In this document: positions 26,032 through 35,104 of the stretch, one piece after another
How positions within the stretch are numbered: the first letter of the stretch is position 1
Layout: every line of letters starts with the position of its first letter
From: Candidatus Omnitrophota bacterium
GTDB lineage: Bacteria; Omnitrophota; Gorgyraeia; Tantalellales; Tantalellaceae
Length of the DNA: 38,369 bases
NCBI GenBank assembly: GCA_043819235.1
Contig: JBDRFA010000124.1
Span: 1-38,369, forward strand
Direction of reading: 5' to 3'
Made by a program: the position numbers and the translations under genes
The notes under the pieces: model-generated
Database searches by the model: none
Seen by the model: only the letters and a program-made list of their open reading frames with translations
Told to the model about the DNA's origin: nothing

Positions 26032-26672
26032 AGCCCCCTCAGCCCCTTTATCGCTTTCGCGTAGTCCTTCTCGCCGAAAACGGAAGTGCCCGCGACAAGG
26101 ACGTCCGTGCCGGCATCGACCGCCTTTTTTGCCGTGTCCGCGTTTATCCCGCCGTCTACCTCTATAGACCCGCCGAACCTGCCCCGTACCGCCCTCACCT
26201 TTTCCAGCGTTTCCTCCATGAAAGACTGCCCTCCGAAACCCGGCTCGACGGTCATTATCAGGACCATATTTACCTTCTCCAGAATGTCCCAGAGTACGGA
26301 AACATCCGTTCCCGGTTTTATGGAAACACCCGCCTTTTTCCCCTTCTGCCTGATCTTTTTTACGACATCCCCGGGCGATCCACAGGCTTCCATGTGGAAC
26401 GTGATAAGATCGCTCCCGGCATCGGCAAATTGGTCTATATATTTTACGGGGTCTTCTATCATCAAATGCACGTCAAAAAAAAGTCCGGTCACCGGCCTTA
26501 TTGACCCGATCACCTGGGGCCCTATCGTGATGTTGGGGACAAAAACGCCGTCCATAACGTCGATATGCACCCAATCGGCGCCTCCTTTTTCAATAGAATG
26601 GATCTCTTCGCCCAGCCTGCTGAAATCCGCCGACAATATGCTCGGCGCTATCAATACTTTATCCGGCCTCAT
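26028..26672 (-). CDS. rpe: ribulose-phosphate 3-epimerase
   Basis: IAPSILSADFSRLGEE, HIDVMDG and MTVEPGFGGQ motifs. The stop codon lies inside a 28-nt palindrome. Confidence 0.93.
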   Translation of the reverse strand: MRPDKVLIAPSILSADFSRLGEEIHSIEKGGADWVHIDVMDGVFVPNITIGPQVIGSIRPVTGLFFDVHLMIEDPVKYIDQFADAGSDLITFHMEACGSPGDVVKKIRQKGKKAGVSIKPGTDVSVLWDILEKVNMVLIMTVEPGFGGQSFMEETLEKVRAVRGRFGGSIEVDGGINADTAKKAVDAGTDVLVAGTSVFGEKDYAKAIKGLRGL

Positions 26673-26693
26673 CCAGGACTCCTTCCTTAACGG

Positions 26694-27773
26694 TTAAGCC
26701 ACGTTCTCATTCACCATCACATACAGCCTGTTTATGTCTTCCAGAGTGACCACGCCCGCTATTGTCCCGTTCTTTTCCACAGGCAAAGCGCGTGTATTAT
26801 GTTTCTGCATGAGCTTTCTTACGACATGCAGCCCGTCCGTAGCGCGGACCGCCGGTATATCCCTTCTCATGACACTGCCCGCGTTTATTTCCTTACCCCC
26901 TTCATGAATGCCGCGCAGGACCTCTCCACGCGTTATGAACCCCGCGAGGCTCCCGTTCTCAATTACGGGAAAATCTTCCTGATGGGTATGGAATATGAGT
27001 TCCAGTATTTTCGATAGAGTCGTTCCGGTATCCACGGACACAAAATCCCCCGACAGGATGTCCTGGACGGAATACCTCTTTATCGTCTCGTCCACATCCA
27101 CCTGGAGCCCCTCGCTCGAAGCAGCCATATAAATGAACACAGCTATGAGAATAAGGAAAATGTGCCCGTACACGATCCCGAGATAAGCGAACAGTATGGC
27201 GAAAATGTGCCCGAACCGCACGGCCGCGGCCGTAGCTTTCTTATATCCCATGCGATACGAGAGTACCGCCCTCAAAACCCTGCCGCCGTCCATGGGGAAC
27301 GCGGGCAGCATGTTGAAAACCACAAGCACGAGGTTGATCCAGTAAATATGCGCGATCACGTTAAAATTCCCCGCGTATTTGACCTGGCCGGTGATCGCCA
27401 GAAAAGGGTATAGCAGCGTCTCCCTGCCCAGCAGCAGATACAGCGGGTAATAGAAAATAAGCAGGACAAGCACGTTGGACAACGGCCCGGCCGCGGCTAT
27501 GACCAGCTCGTGTAACGGCTTTTTGGGTTCCTCAGGCATCGACGCCACGCCTCCTATCGGCAGGAGCGTTATCCTTTTTATCTTTATCCCGAAATACGCC
27601 GCGGCCAGGCCGTGACAGAGTTCGTGGACCGTGACAAAAAAGAACACTCCTGTGATAAGGACAACACCCTTGACCCCCATCATGACAAAGAAAAAGAACA
27701 GCAGCAACAGGAACGTCACATGGATATCTATATCTATCCCGAATATCCTGGCCAGACGAAATATACCCTTCAT
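26694..27773 (-). CDS. site-2 (M50) metalloprotease with C-terminal CBS pair
   Basis: HELCH (HExxH) in a TM helix, the second metal motif FNMLPAFPMDGG, and a C-terminal tandem CBS-like region. Confidence 0.85.
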   Translation of the reverse strand: MKGIFRLARIFGIDIDIHVTFLLLLFFFFVMMGVKGVVLITGVFFFVTVHELCHGLAAAYFGIKIKRITLLPIGGVASMPEEPKKPLHELVIAAAGPLSNVLVLLIFYYPLYLLLGRETLLYPFLAITGQVKYAGNFNVIAHIYWINLVLVVFNMLPAFPMDGGRVLRAVLSYRMGYKKATAAAVRFGHIFAILFAYLGIVYGHIFLILIAVFIYMAASSEGLQVDVDETIKRYSVQDILSGDFVSVDTGTTLSKILELIFHTHQEDFPVIENGSLAGFITRGEVLRGIHEGGKEINAGSVMRRDIPAVRATDGLHVVRKLMQKHNTRALPVEKNGTIAGVVTLEDINRLYVMVNENVA

Positions 27774-29041
27774 AAAATACCCAGTTCTTTCCTTATTTTA
27801 TCTTTAACGCCGCCGGTCATCTTGCCTATTATCGCCAGGTTGGCGGACGAAGCGCGGAAGATCCTGTCACATGCCTTCATTATCTCAGCCGTGCTCACGC
27901 CGTCGATGTTATCAAGCACTTCCTTTGTCGCCGGGATTTCACGGTGCACCATGATCCTGTCCCCGAGCCACAGCATCCGGCTTGACGTCCCCTCGATCGC
28001 CAGCAGGAACTGCCCTTTCGTGTATTCTTTCGCGCGCGCGAGTTCGTCTTCGGTCACGCCCAGGTCCCTTAATTTCTTCAGCTCATCCAGTATCGCCGTG
28101 ACGGACCGCAACGCTTTACTGTTATCCACACCGGCATGTATCTGGAGTTCCCCCAGGTCGCTGTGCCTCTTGTATGACGACGATATATCGTAACAAAGGC
28201 CGTATTTTTCGCGCAGTTCCTCAAAAAGCCGGGAAGACATGTTGCCCCCCAGGATCACGTTCATCAATTTTACCGCGAAACGCTCTTTCGTGTTATTGCA
28301 ATCGGCATGGAACCCCATGGCGATATGCGCCTGCTTCGAATTGCCGCCGCAGATCTTCACACGCGGGGCTTTCTGCCTTATTTTCGGCGTGTGTAACGGC
28401 TGTCTTTTTCCGTTCTTTCTATCCTTGAACTTTTCCGTGGCGGAAGCAAAGAACTTTTCGGTGTTGACTTTGCCTGAAGCTATAACGGCTATATTGCCGG
28501 GATGATAGTTCTTTTCTCTGAATGCTATCAGTTCCTGCCGCTTAAAACCTTTAACGTTCCCGGCGCTCCCCGTCAGCGGACGTCCAAGCGCGTTGTCCGG
28601 CCACACTATCCCGCTGAGAACGTCCAGGACATGTTCGGACGGCTGGTCCCGGTACATCTTTATCTCCTCGCAGACCACAAACTTCTCGCGCGCCAGATCC
28701 TCTTCATCAAATTTCGCGTTCATGACCATATCGGCCAGGATGTCCAGTCCGAGTTCCATATATTTCGAAGGGACCTTTACCATATAACACGTCACTTCAT
28801 CCGAAGTGAACCCGTTGAACGACCCTCCTACCCCCTCTATGGCCTCTTTCAGGTCTTTCGCGGAACGCATATAAGTGCCTTTGAACAACATATGCTCGAC
28901 CAGATGGCTTATCCCGCTCTGCGCGGCCGATTCATAACGCCCGCCCACGCCTATCCAGATGCCTATCGAGACCGACGCCATCTGGTTCATGGGAGATACT
29001 ATGGCCGTCAGCCCGTTCTTCGCGTGCAATTTTTTATACAT
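27770..29041 (-). CDS. M16 (pitrilysin/insulinase) family zinc peptidase
   Basis: Inverted zinc motif HLVEHMLFKG (HxxEH) and a two-domain M16 layout. Confidence 0.85.
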   Translation of the reverse strand: MYKKLHAKNGLTAIVSPMNQMASVSIGIWIGVGGRYESAAQSGISHLVEHMLFKGTYMRSAKDLKEAIEGVGGSFNGFTSDEVTCYMVKVPSKYMELGLDILADMVMNAKFDEEDLAREKFVVCEEIKMYRDQPSEHVLDVLSGIVWPDNALGRPLTGSAGNVKGFKRQELIAFREKNYHPGNIAVIASGKVNTEKFFASATEKFKDRKNGKRQPLHTPKIRQKAPRVKICGGNSKQAHIAMGFHADCNNTKERFAVKLMNVILGGNMSSRLFEELREKYGLCYDISSSYKRHSDLGELQIHAGVDNSKALRSVTAILDELKKLRDLGVTEDELARAKEYTKGQFLLAIEGTSSRMLWLGDRIMVHREIPATKEVLDNIDGVSTAEIMKACDRIFRASSANLAIIGKMTGGVKDKIRKELGIL

Positions 29042-29462
29042 CCGTCTCCTCCCGATTCCTGCTGTCCAGGTATCCCTGCAGGATGATCTGTGCCGCGAGT
29101 TTATCGATAACCATCTTTCTCTTCTTTCTCCTCACGGAAGCGCTTATCAAGACTTCTTCCATTTCTTTCGTGCTCAATCTTTCGTCCCACATCACTACGG
29201 GCAGCGAGAGCTTATCCTCAAGCAGCGACGCGAACCTTTTGCTGTCTTCAGCACGTTCTCCCATGGAACCATCCATATGTACAGGCAGCCCTACGACTAT
29301 CTCTTTTACCGAAAATTCCCCGGCAATAACCTGTATCTCGCCGACAGCCTTCTCGTCGCTCACCCTCTTTACGACCTGCCGCGCCTGCGCTATCGTCCCC
29401 GACTCATCGCTGACCGCGACCCCGATATTCTTAGTCCCGATATCCAGCCCCATTATTCTCAT
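29034..29462 (-). CDS. ruvX: putative pre-16S rRNA nuclease / Holliday junction resolvase-like YqgF
   Basis: MRIMGLDIGTKNIGVAVSD N-terminus and DERLST motif. I trimmed to the ATG at 29462, because the longer track ORF reads into a repeat element. Confidence 0.85.
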   Translation of the reverse strand: MRIMGLDIGTKNIGVAVSDESGTIAQARQVVKRVSDEKAVGEIQVIAGEFSVKEIVVGLPVHMDGSMGERAEDSKRFASLLEDKLSLPVVMWDERLSTKEMEEVLISASVRRKKRKMVIDKLAAQIILQGYLDSRNREETDV

Positions 29463-29475
29463 AGTTAATCCTGTG

Positions 29476-29591
29476 AACTTAGATCCCTCGGCTTCGTGCC
29501 CTTTGGGCACTTCGCTCCCCTCGGCTTCGCTCGGGACAAGCGGGATGACAAAGAGTTGTCATCCCGAGATCGGGACAGAGAGTTGTCATCC
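29476..29591 (-). repeat. start-proximal box element, extended mosaic form (upstream of ruvX)
   Basis: aacttagatccctcggcttcgtgccctttgggcac... is followed by a second ccctcggcttcg, the perfect hairpin cgggatgacaa-agag-ttgtcatcccg (29541-29566), and a repeated agagttgtcatccc. It lies 13 nt from the ruvX ATG. Confidence 0.8.
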
Positions 29592-29676
29592 CCCTGCCCC
29601 TCTGACACCTTGACACTCTACCCCCCCACTTAAGTTCCCGGCATTTTCTTTACCCTCTGTCCACAAACGTCGCGTT

Positions 29677-29769
29677 TCCCGCCCGGGGTGTTCGCTTTAC
29701 CCCGTACCGGGAGGATCCACACCGGGCGGAGGGGCCCGGGTAGGGGTAAAGCGAACACCCCGGGCGGGA
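29677..29769. repeat. conserved-core/variable-arm hairpin element, copy c
   Basis: Perfect 25-bp arms tcccgcccggggtgttcgctttacc (29677-29701) and ggtaaagcgaacaccccgggcggga (29745-29769), around the same core. It starts 5 nt after the trpA stop. Confidence 0.9.
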
Positions 29770-29774
29770 TAGGC

Positions 29775-30578
29775 TCACGCTTCGTGTACAGCCCGCGCAA
29801 GAGACGCCGCGAACTTTTTCACCCTCCGCACCATGGCGTTCTTATCCTTCAGGCCGTTCTCTATCAGTTTTATTATGGCGCTCCCGACGATCACCCCGTC
29901 AGCCGCCTCGGCCAGGCTCTTCGCCTGGACGGCATCCGACACTCCGAACCCCACGCATACGGGCCTCGCCGACACTTTTACCAGTTCCCGCAACTCGCCT
30001 TTCAATTTCCCTGAAAAGGACTTCCTCGCCCCCGTAACCCCGGTAAGGGAAATATAATATATGAACCCTCTCGAACATTTTGAGATCTTTTTGAACCTCT
30101 CGACCGGCGTGGTGGGCGCGGCAAGCATGACCAGGTAAAAATCTTCCTTATCCGCCGCCAGGCTCAATTCCCCCGATTCTTCCATCGGCAGGTCCGGCAC
30201 TATAACACCGTCGGCCCCGGCCGCCTTCGCGTCCCGGACAAACCTGCTTACACCGTAGTTGAAAATAATGTTGTAATAGGTCATAAAAACGAAGGGTACC
30301 TGGACGGTTTTCCTTAATTCTTTCACCATAAACAGGACTTTCCTTACGGTGCAGCCGCCCTCAAGCGACCGCTGTATCGCTTTCTGTATGGTCGGGCCGT
30401 CCGCCAGAGGGTCTGAAAAAGGCACTCCCAGTTCGATAATATCCGCGCCGGCGTTGACCAGCGCGCGCGTTATCCTTTTGGTAGTCTCCATATCCGGGTC
30501 CCCGGACGTTATATAAGGTATGAACGCCTTCTTCCCCTCCGCTTTCAACTGTCTGAACTTTTCATCTATACGGTTCAT
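29775..30578 (-). CDS. trpA: tryptophan synthase alpha chain
   Basis: FIPYITSGDP, ELGVPFSDPLADGPTIQ and YISLTGVTG motifs. Confidence 0.93.
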   Translation of the reverse strand: MNRIDEKFRQLKAEGKKAFIPYITSGDPDMETTKRITRALVNAGADIIELGVPFSDPLADGPTIQKAIQRSLEGGCTVRKVLFMVKELRKTVQVPFVFMTYYNIIFNYGVSRFVRDAKAAGADGVIVPDLPMEESGELSLAADKEDFYLVMLAAPTTPVERFKKISKCSRGFIYYISLTGVTGARKSFSGKLKGELRELVKVSARPVCVGFGVSDAVQAKSLAEAADGVIVGSAIIKLIENGLKDKNAMVRRVKKFAASLARAVHEA

Positions 30579-30629
30579 ATCCTCTCCTGTAATAAATTGG
30601 CTCGCACCTTGAAGTCTGGTTCTTCCTCA

Positions 30630-30726
30630 CTTCTCGCGTGAGGTGTTCCCTATGCTCCGTACCGGGAGGATCCACACCGGGCGGAGGGGCCCGGGTAGGA
30701 GCATAGGGAACTCCTCACGCGAGAAG
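30630..30726. repeat. conserved-core/variable-arm hairpin element, copy d
   Basis: 29-nt arms cttctcgcgtgaggtgttccctatgctcc (30630-30658) and ggagcatagggaactcctcacgcgagaag (30698-30726), with one mismatch, around the same core. It lies in the trpB-trpA spacer. Confidence 0.9.
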
Positions 30727-30742
30727 ACTTTTTCGTCACAGT

Positions 30743-31942
30743 CTAATCCATCGCCAGGTTTTCCCTGATAATATCTATATCCTTATCCCCGCGTCCGGAC
30801 AAACACATCACTATTATATCGTTCTTCTTCGTCTTACCCGCCAATCTGGTCAGGTAATAGACCGCATGGGCGGATTCAAGAGCGGGTATGATCCCTTCGA
30901 CCTCCGACAGGAGTTTAACCCCCTCAAGAGCCTCCGAGTCCTTCACCGATACGTACTCGGCCCTGCCGATCTGCTGATAATACGCGTGTTCCGGGCCCAC
31001 ACCCGGATAATCCAGCCCGGCCGATATGGAATGGGCGAGTTTTACCTGACCGTCGCTGTCTTCCAGGAGCATGCTCTTACTGCCATGAAGCACTCCCAGC
31101 TTCCCTTTTTTCAGCGCGGCCCCGTGATGGCCCGTATTCAGCCCCAGGCCGGCCGCCTCGACACCGATGAACGATACTTTTTTATCGCCGAAAAACGGAT
31201 AAAAAAGGCCCATTGAATTACTTCCCCCTCCCACGCACGCGACCAGATGCGTGGGGAACCTGCCTTCTTTTTTCATGATCTGCCTGCGTACTTCCCGTCC
31301 GATCACGGACTGGAAATCCCTGACCATGACCGGGTACGGGTGGGGCCCGGCAACGGAACCGATAATATAATAAGTGTCGCGCACATTGGTGACCCAGTCC
31401 CTTATAGCCTCGTTCATCGCGTCCTTGAGGGTACACGAGCCGCTGTCCACGGGTATTACCCTGGTCCCAAGGAGTTTCATACGGAAAACGTTCAGATTCT
31501 GCCTTTTGATGTCTTCGGTCCCCATGTAAACGTCGCATTTGAGGCCCAGGAGAGCCGCGACGGTAGCGGTAGCCACCCCATGCTGTCCCGCGCCGGTCTC
31601 CGCGATCAGACGTTTCTTACCCATATGGACGGCCAGGAGCCCCTGCCCGATCGTATTGTTTATCTTATGCGCCCCGGTATGCAGAAGGTCCTCTCTTTTC
31701 AGGTAGATCTTCCCGCCTCCGAGTTTTTTCGTAAGGTTTTCCGCGAAATATAACGGGGTCGGCCTTCCCGCGTATTCCTTCAGATAATAAACGAACCGTT
31801 CCCGGAAAAACCGTGTTTTTCTGAATTTGCCGTACGCCTCAGCCAGTTCTTCGACCGCCGGCATAAGGGTTTCGGGGATGAACCTTCCCCCGAATATCCC
31901 GAAATAACCTTTACTGTCAGGCACTTTGCGCGTTTTTCGCAT
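30743..31942 (-). CDS. trpB: tryptophan synthase beta chain
   Basis: [18 protein letters not shown], the PLP-lysine region [11 protein letters not shown], and GGGSNSMG. Confidence 0.95.
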   Translation of the reverse strand: MRKTRKVPDSKGYFGIFGGRFIPETLMPAVEELAEAYGKFRKTRFFRERFVYYLKEYAGRPTPLYFAENLTKKLGGGKIYLKREDLLHTGAHKINNTIGQGLLAVHMGKKRLIAETGAGQHGVATATVAALLGLKCDVYMGTEDIKRQNLNVFRMKLLGTRVIPVDSGSCTLKDAMNEAIRDWVTNVRDTYYIIGSVAGPHPYPVMVRDFQSVIGREVRRQIMKKEGRFPTHLVACVGGGSNSMGLFYPFFGDKKVSFIGVEAAGLGLNTGHHGAALKKGKLGVLHGSKSMLLEDSDGQVKLAHSISAGLDYPGVGPEHAYYQQIGRAEYVSVKDSEALEGVKLLSEVEGIIPALESAHAVYYLTRLAGKTKKNDIIVMCLSGRGDKDIDIIRENLAMD

Positions 31943-32621
31943 TCTTGATAAACTCCTTTAAAAGGTCTTCATCTTTTTTGCCGGGGATCTTCTCGACCCC
32001 GCTCGATACATCAACACCATAGGGCCCCACGGCAATGACCGCGTCCGCCACGTTTTGAGGGGTAAGCCCTCCCGCTATAAAAAAAGGTTTTGTCAAACCC
32101 CCTTTTGCCTTCACAAGGACGTCCCAATCGAACCTGGTCCCCGTCCCCCCCTGCAACCGGGGATGGAACGTATCGAAAACAAAATAGTCCGCGTCATCAT
32201 AATCCCCGGCGGTATACGACCCGCAGGGCAGAATGTCCTCTTTTACCTTAAAAGCCTTGATGATCATAACCTCCGACCCGTACTTTTCCCTCAGGATCTT
32301 CTTGATCGTCCGGCAATCATGCGGGGTCTCTTCACCCTGTAACTGCACGTAATTGAACCCGCAATCCGAAACTATCCTCGCGATGCGTTCCGGAATATCG
32401 TTGTGGAAAAGCCCTACCCTCCCGACCCTCGTTCTCAGTTCTTCCGGAATACCCGCCATTATGATCTTAACGTCCGAGGGGTCATTTACACAGCGCTGCG
32501 TCCCCCGTATAAAAATGAACCCCAGAAGGTCCGCGCCGTAAGTTCCGGCCTTCAACGCGTCCTCCGCGCTGGTCAACCCGCATATCTTCACTTTAAGATC
32601 GCTCGCGGCTTTTTTCTCCAT
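31917..32621 (-). CDS. trpF: phosphoribosylanthranilate isomerase
   Basis: VKICGLT N-terminal motif and position between trpC and trpB. The 3' end overlaps the trpB start by 26 nt. Confidence 0.88.
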   Translation of the reverse strand: MEKKAASDLKVKICGLTSAEDALKAGTYGADLLGFIFIRGTQRCVNDPSDVKIIMAGIPEELRTRVGRVGLFHNDIPERIARIVSDCGFNYVQLQGEETPHDCRTIKKILREKYGSEVMIIKAFKVKEDILPCGSYTAGDYDDADYFVFDTFHPRLQGGTGTRFDWDVLVKAKGGLTKPFFIAGGLTPQNVADAVIAVGPYGVDVSSGVEKIPGKKDEDLLKEFIKNAKNAQSA

Positions 32622-32624
32622 ATC

Positions 32625-33401
32625 CTATTCCCTCATGAGTTCCCTGACCTTCTCGCCTATCTTATCCGCCTTCATGAACGTTTCCCCGATCAATACGGCG
32701 TTCACGCCAAGGCTCTTCAGGAACATCACCTGTTCGTAACTTTCTATACCGCTTTCGGAAACGATCGTCTTGGTATCGGGTATCAGGTGGATCAGCCTCT
32801 GCGTAACGGAGAGGTCCACACTGAACGTCGTAAGGTCCCTGTTATTTATACCGATGATGGCGGCGGGGCTCTCAAGCGCTTTCCCGACCTCTTCCTCGTT
32901 ACGGACCTCGACCAGCACGTCCATGCCGAGCTCTTTTGCTATTCCGAAATACCGGTTCAATTCCCCCTGGGTGAGTATATGCGCGATCAGAAGTATGGCT
33001 TCGGCGCCCGAGGCCGCGGATTCATAGACCTGGTACTCGTCTATGATAAAATCCTTCCTGAGGACCGGTATCGTCACCCTTTCCTTTACAATTCCCAGAT
33101 ATTCGAGCCGGCCCTCAAAAAAACGTTCATCCGTCACCACGCTGATCGCGCTGGCGCCCGCGCCTTGATAAGCCACCGCGATCTGCGCGGGGTCAAAATT
33201 GACCCGCAAAACCCCTTTGGACGGCGACCGTTTTTTTATTTCAGCTATAAGGTTGATGTGCCCTTTTCTTGCTATGTTCTTTTTGAACATGCTTTTTATA
33301 TAAAGCGACTCCGCTTTTTTCTTTATATCGCTAAAGGAGATCCTTTTCATCGCCTTATCGACTTCCCTGCGCTTCTCCTCGATGATCCTCGATAATATCA
33401 T
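32625..33401 (-). CDS. trpC: indole-3-glycerol phosphate synthase
   Basis: IAEIKKRSPSKG, LRKDFIIDEYQ and GINNRDL motifs. The track start at 33404 is TTG. I prefer the adjacent ATG at 33401, which has AAGGAG upstream. Confidence 0.9.
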   Translation of the reverse strand: MILSRIIEEKRREVDKAMKRISFSDIKKKAESLYIKSMFKKNIARKGHINLIAEIKKRSPSKGVLRVNFDPAQIAVAYQGAGASAISVVTDERFFEGRLEYLGIVKERVTIPVLRKDFIIDEYQVYESAASGAEAILLIAHILTQGELNRYFGIAKELGMDVLVEVRNEEEVGKALESPAAIIGINNRDLTTFSVDLSVTQRLIHLIPDTKTIVSESGIESYEQVMFLKSLGVNAVLIGETFMKADKIGEKVRELMRE

Positions 33402-33422
33402 CAATTTTTTCTCCTTAGTCTC

Positions 33423-33448
33423 AGGGCAGGCACAAGGCCTGCCCCTAC
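33423..33448. repeat. related GTAG-type hairpin in the trpD-trpC spacer
   Basis: The minus strand reads GTAGGGGCAGGCCTTGTGCCTGCCCT, with an 8-bp stem GGGCAGGC/GCCTGCCC. On the plus strand it is followed by a T-run (cattttttatttt). Confidence 0.6.
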
Positions 33449-33494
33449 ATTTTTTATTTTCCTCCCCCCATCAAACATCACAAACATATCGCCT

Positions 33495-34523
33495 CTACTC
33501 ACACCCGCTGCCGTTGGTCATAGCGATCAGTTCTTCCAGTTTTTTCATGGCCGCGCCCGAGTCAATAGCTTCCGCGGCTAGCAGTACCGCCTCTTTCAGG
33601 TCTTCCGCCTTTTCCGACGCCATAAGCCCGAGTCCCGCGTTAATAAGTACTATATCTCTTTTGGGCCCCTTTTTCCCCGATAGAACGTCTTTCACTATCT
33701 GCGCGTTCTCCTTCACCGTACCGCCTTTTATATCCTCGATAGACGCTCTCTTTATTCCGGACTGCTCCGGTTCGATCATAAAGGAACGGACCGAACCGTT
33801 CTTCAGTTCGCTGACAGCGGTACTTCCGGTAATGGTAACTTCATCGAGCCCGTCATCGCCGCTTACCACATACGCGCGTTTTGTCCCCAGGTTCCTGAGG
33901 ACGTTCGCCAGGACCTCCGTAAGAGCGCGGTCATATACCCCCAGGACCTGCCGGTCGGCCGAAGCGGGATTAGATAAAGGCCCCAGTATGTTAAATATCG
34001 TCCGTATCCCTATTTCCTTCCGCGGAGCGGCGGCGTGTTTCATGGCGCCGTGATAGACCGGGGCGAAAAGAAAACCTATATTTATCTTATCTATGCACCC
34101 GGCCACGGACTCAGGCGGGATATCCAGCCTCACTCCCAGACTTTCCAGCACATCCGCGCTTCCGCATTTGCTGGACGCCGCCCGGTTACCGTGTTTGGCC
34201 ACTTTAACGCCGCAGGCCGCGATGACGAAGGCCGACGCCGTGGAAACGTTGAAAACCCCGGTCCCCGAACCGCCCGTACCGCAGGTATCCAGTACCGCGC
34301 CGGCGCCGGCCGGGTTTATCTTCAAAGCTTTCTCCCTCATGGCCAGGGCCGCGCCCGTTATTTCATCGACGGTCTCGCCTTTCATCCTGAGGGCCGTGAT
34401 GAACGCGCCTATCTGGGCCGCCGCCGCATGGCCGCTCATTATCTCATCGAACACCGAACGGGTCTCTTCGGCCGTCAGGTTCTCGAACAGAACAACTTTC
34501 CCTATCGCTCTCTTTATATCCAT
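33495..34523 (-). CDS. trpD: anthranilate phosphoribosyltransferase
   Basis: [10 protein letters not shown] and [18 protein letters not shown] motifs. Confidence 0.93.
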   Translation of the reverse strand: MDIKRAIGKVVLFENLTAEETRSVFDEIMSGHAAAAQIGAFITALRMKGETVDEITGAALAMREKALKINPAGAGAVLDTCGTGGSGTGVFNVSTASAFVIAACGVKVAKHGNRAASSKCGSADVLESLGVRLDIPPESVAGCIDKINIGFLFAPVYHGAMKHAAAPRKEIGIRTIFNILGPLSNPASADRQVLGVYDRALTEVLANVLRNLGTKRAYVVSGDDGLDEVTITGSTAVSELKNGSVRSFMIEPEQSGIKRASIEDIKGGTVKENAQIVKDVLSGKKGPKRDIVLINAGLGLMASEKAEDLKEAVLLAAEAIDSGAAMKKLEELIAMTNGSGCE

Positions 34524-34537
34524 CCCTTACCCCTCAG

Positions 34538-35104
34538 CTATTTTATCTCGATAAAATTCTTCAGCAGTTTTTTTCCCTCCGTCGTCAATATCGATTCCGG
34601 ATGGAACTGCACCCCCCAGACGGCCTTATCTTTATGCCGCACCCCCATTATCTCCCCGTCCCCGGTCCGGGCCGTAACCTCCAGAGGGTCCTTAAGGCTG
34701 TCAGGGGCCACGACCAGCGAATGGTACCTTGTGGCGGTAAAAGGGGACGGTATCCCTCTGAAAATACCTTCTCCCTCATGATAGATAGAACTTACTTTCC
34801 CGTGCATGATAGTGTCGCCGCGCACGACCCTGGCCCCATAGACCTCGGCGATGCACTGGTGCCCCAGGCACACACCGAGTATCGGCACCTCTCCGGCAAA
34901 CCTCCGGATAACCTCTTCCGATATACCGGCGTCCTGAGGACGGCCCGGACCCGGCGAGATAACTATCCTTTCGGGTGAACGGGATACAAGTTCCTCCATG
35001 CCGACCTTATTGTTGCGATAGACGACGATGTCCTGGCCTAGCTCGCCCAGATACTGCACGAGGTTATATGTAAATGAATCGTAGTTATCTATGACGATTA
35101 TCAT
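34538..35104 (-). CDS. trpG: anthranilate synthase component II (glutamine amidotransferase)
   Basis: IIVIDNYDSFTYNLVQYL, catalytic GVCLGHQ and the FHPES triad. I trimmed to the ATG at 35104, which forms an ATGA overlap with the trpE stop. Confidence 0.9.
   Translation of the reverse strand: MIIVIDNYDSFTYNLVQYLGELGQDIVVYRNNKVGMEELVSRSPERIVISPGPGRPQDAGISEEVIRRFAGEVPILGVCLGHQCIAEVYGARVVRGDTIMHGKVSSIYHEGEGIFRGIPSPFTATRYHSLVVAPDSLKDPLEVTARTGDGEIMGVRHKDKAVWGVQFHPESILTTEGKKLLKNFIEIK

Noticed and set aside
29677-29769. The conserved-core hairpins as canonical Rho-independent terminators, or as a known self-cleaving ribozyme (twister or hammerhead).
   Set aside because: No U-tract follows the stem on the transcribed (minus) strand. 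One copy sits inside the trp operon, where read-through is needed. A variable closing stem around a conserved core recalls small ribozymes. However, I cannot find hammerhead CUGAUGA/GAAA or twister-type conserved nucleotides by eye, so I make no ribozyme claim without a covariance-model search.
33423-33465. The hairpin plus T-run in the trpD-trpC spacer as a terminator.
   Set aside because: The T-run follows the stem only on the plus strand, which has no credible genes. On the transcribed strand the A-run precedes the stem. It could at most stop antisense transcription. I list it as a repeat, not a terminator.
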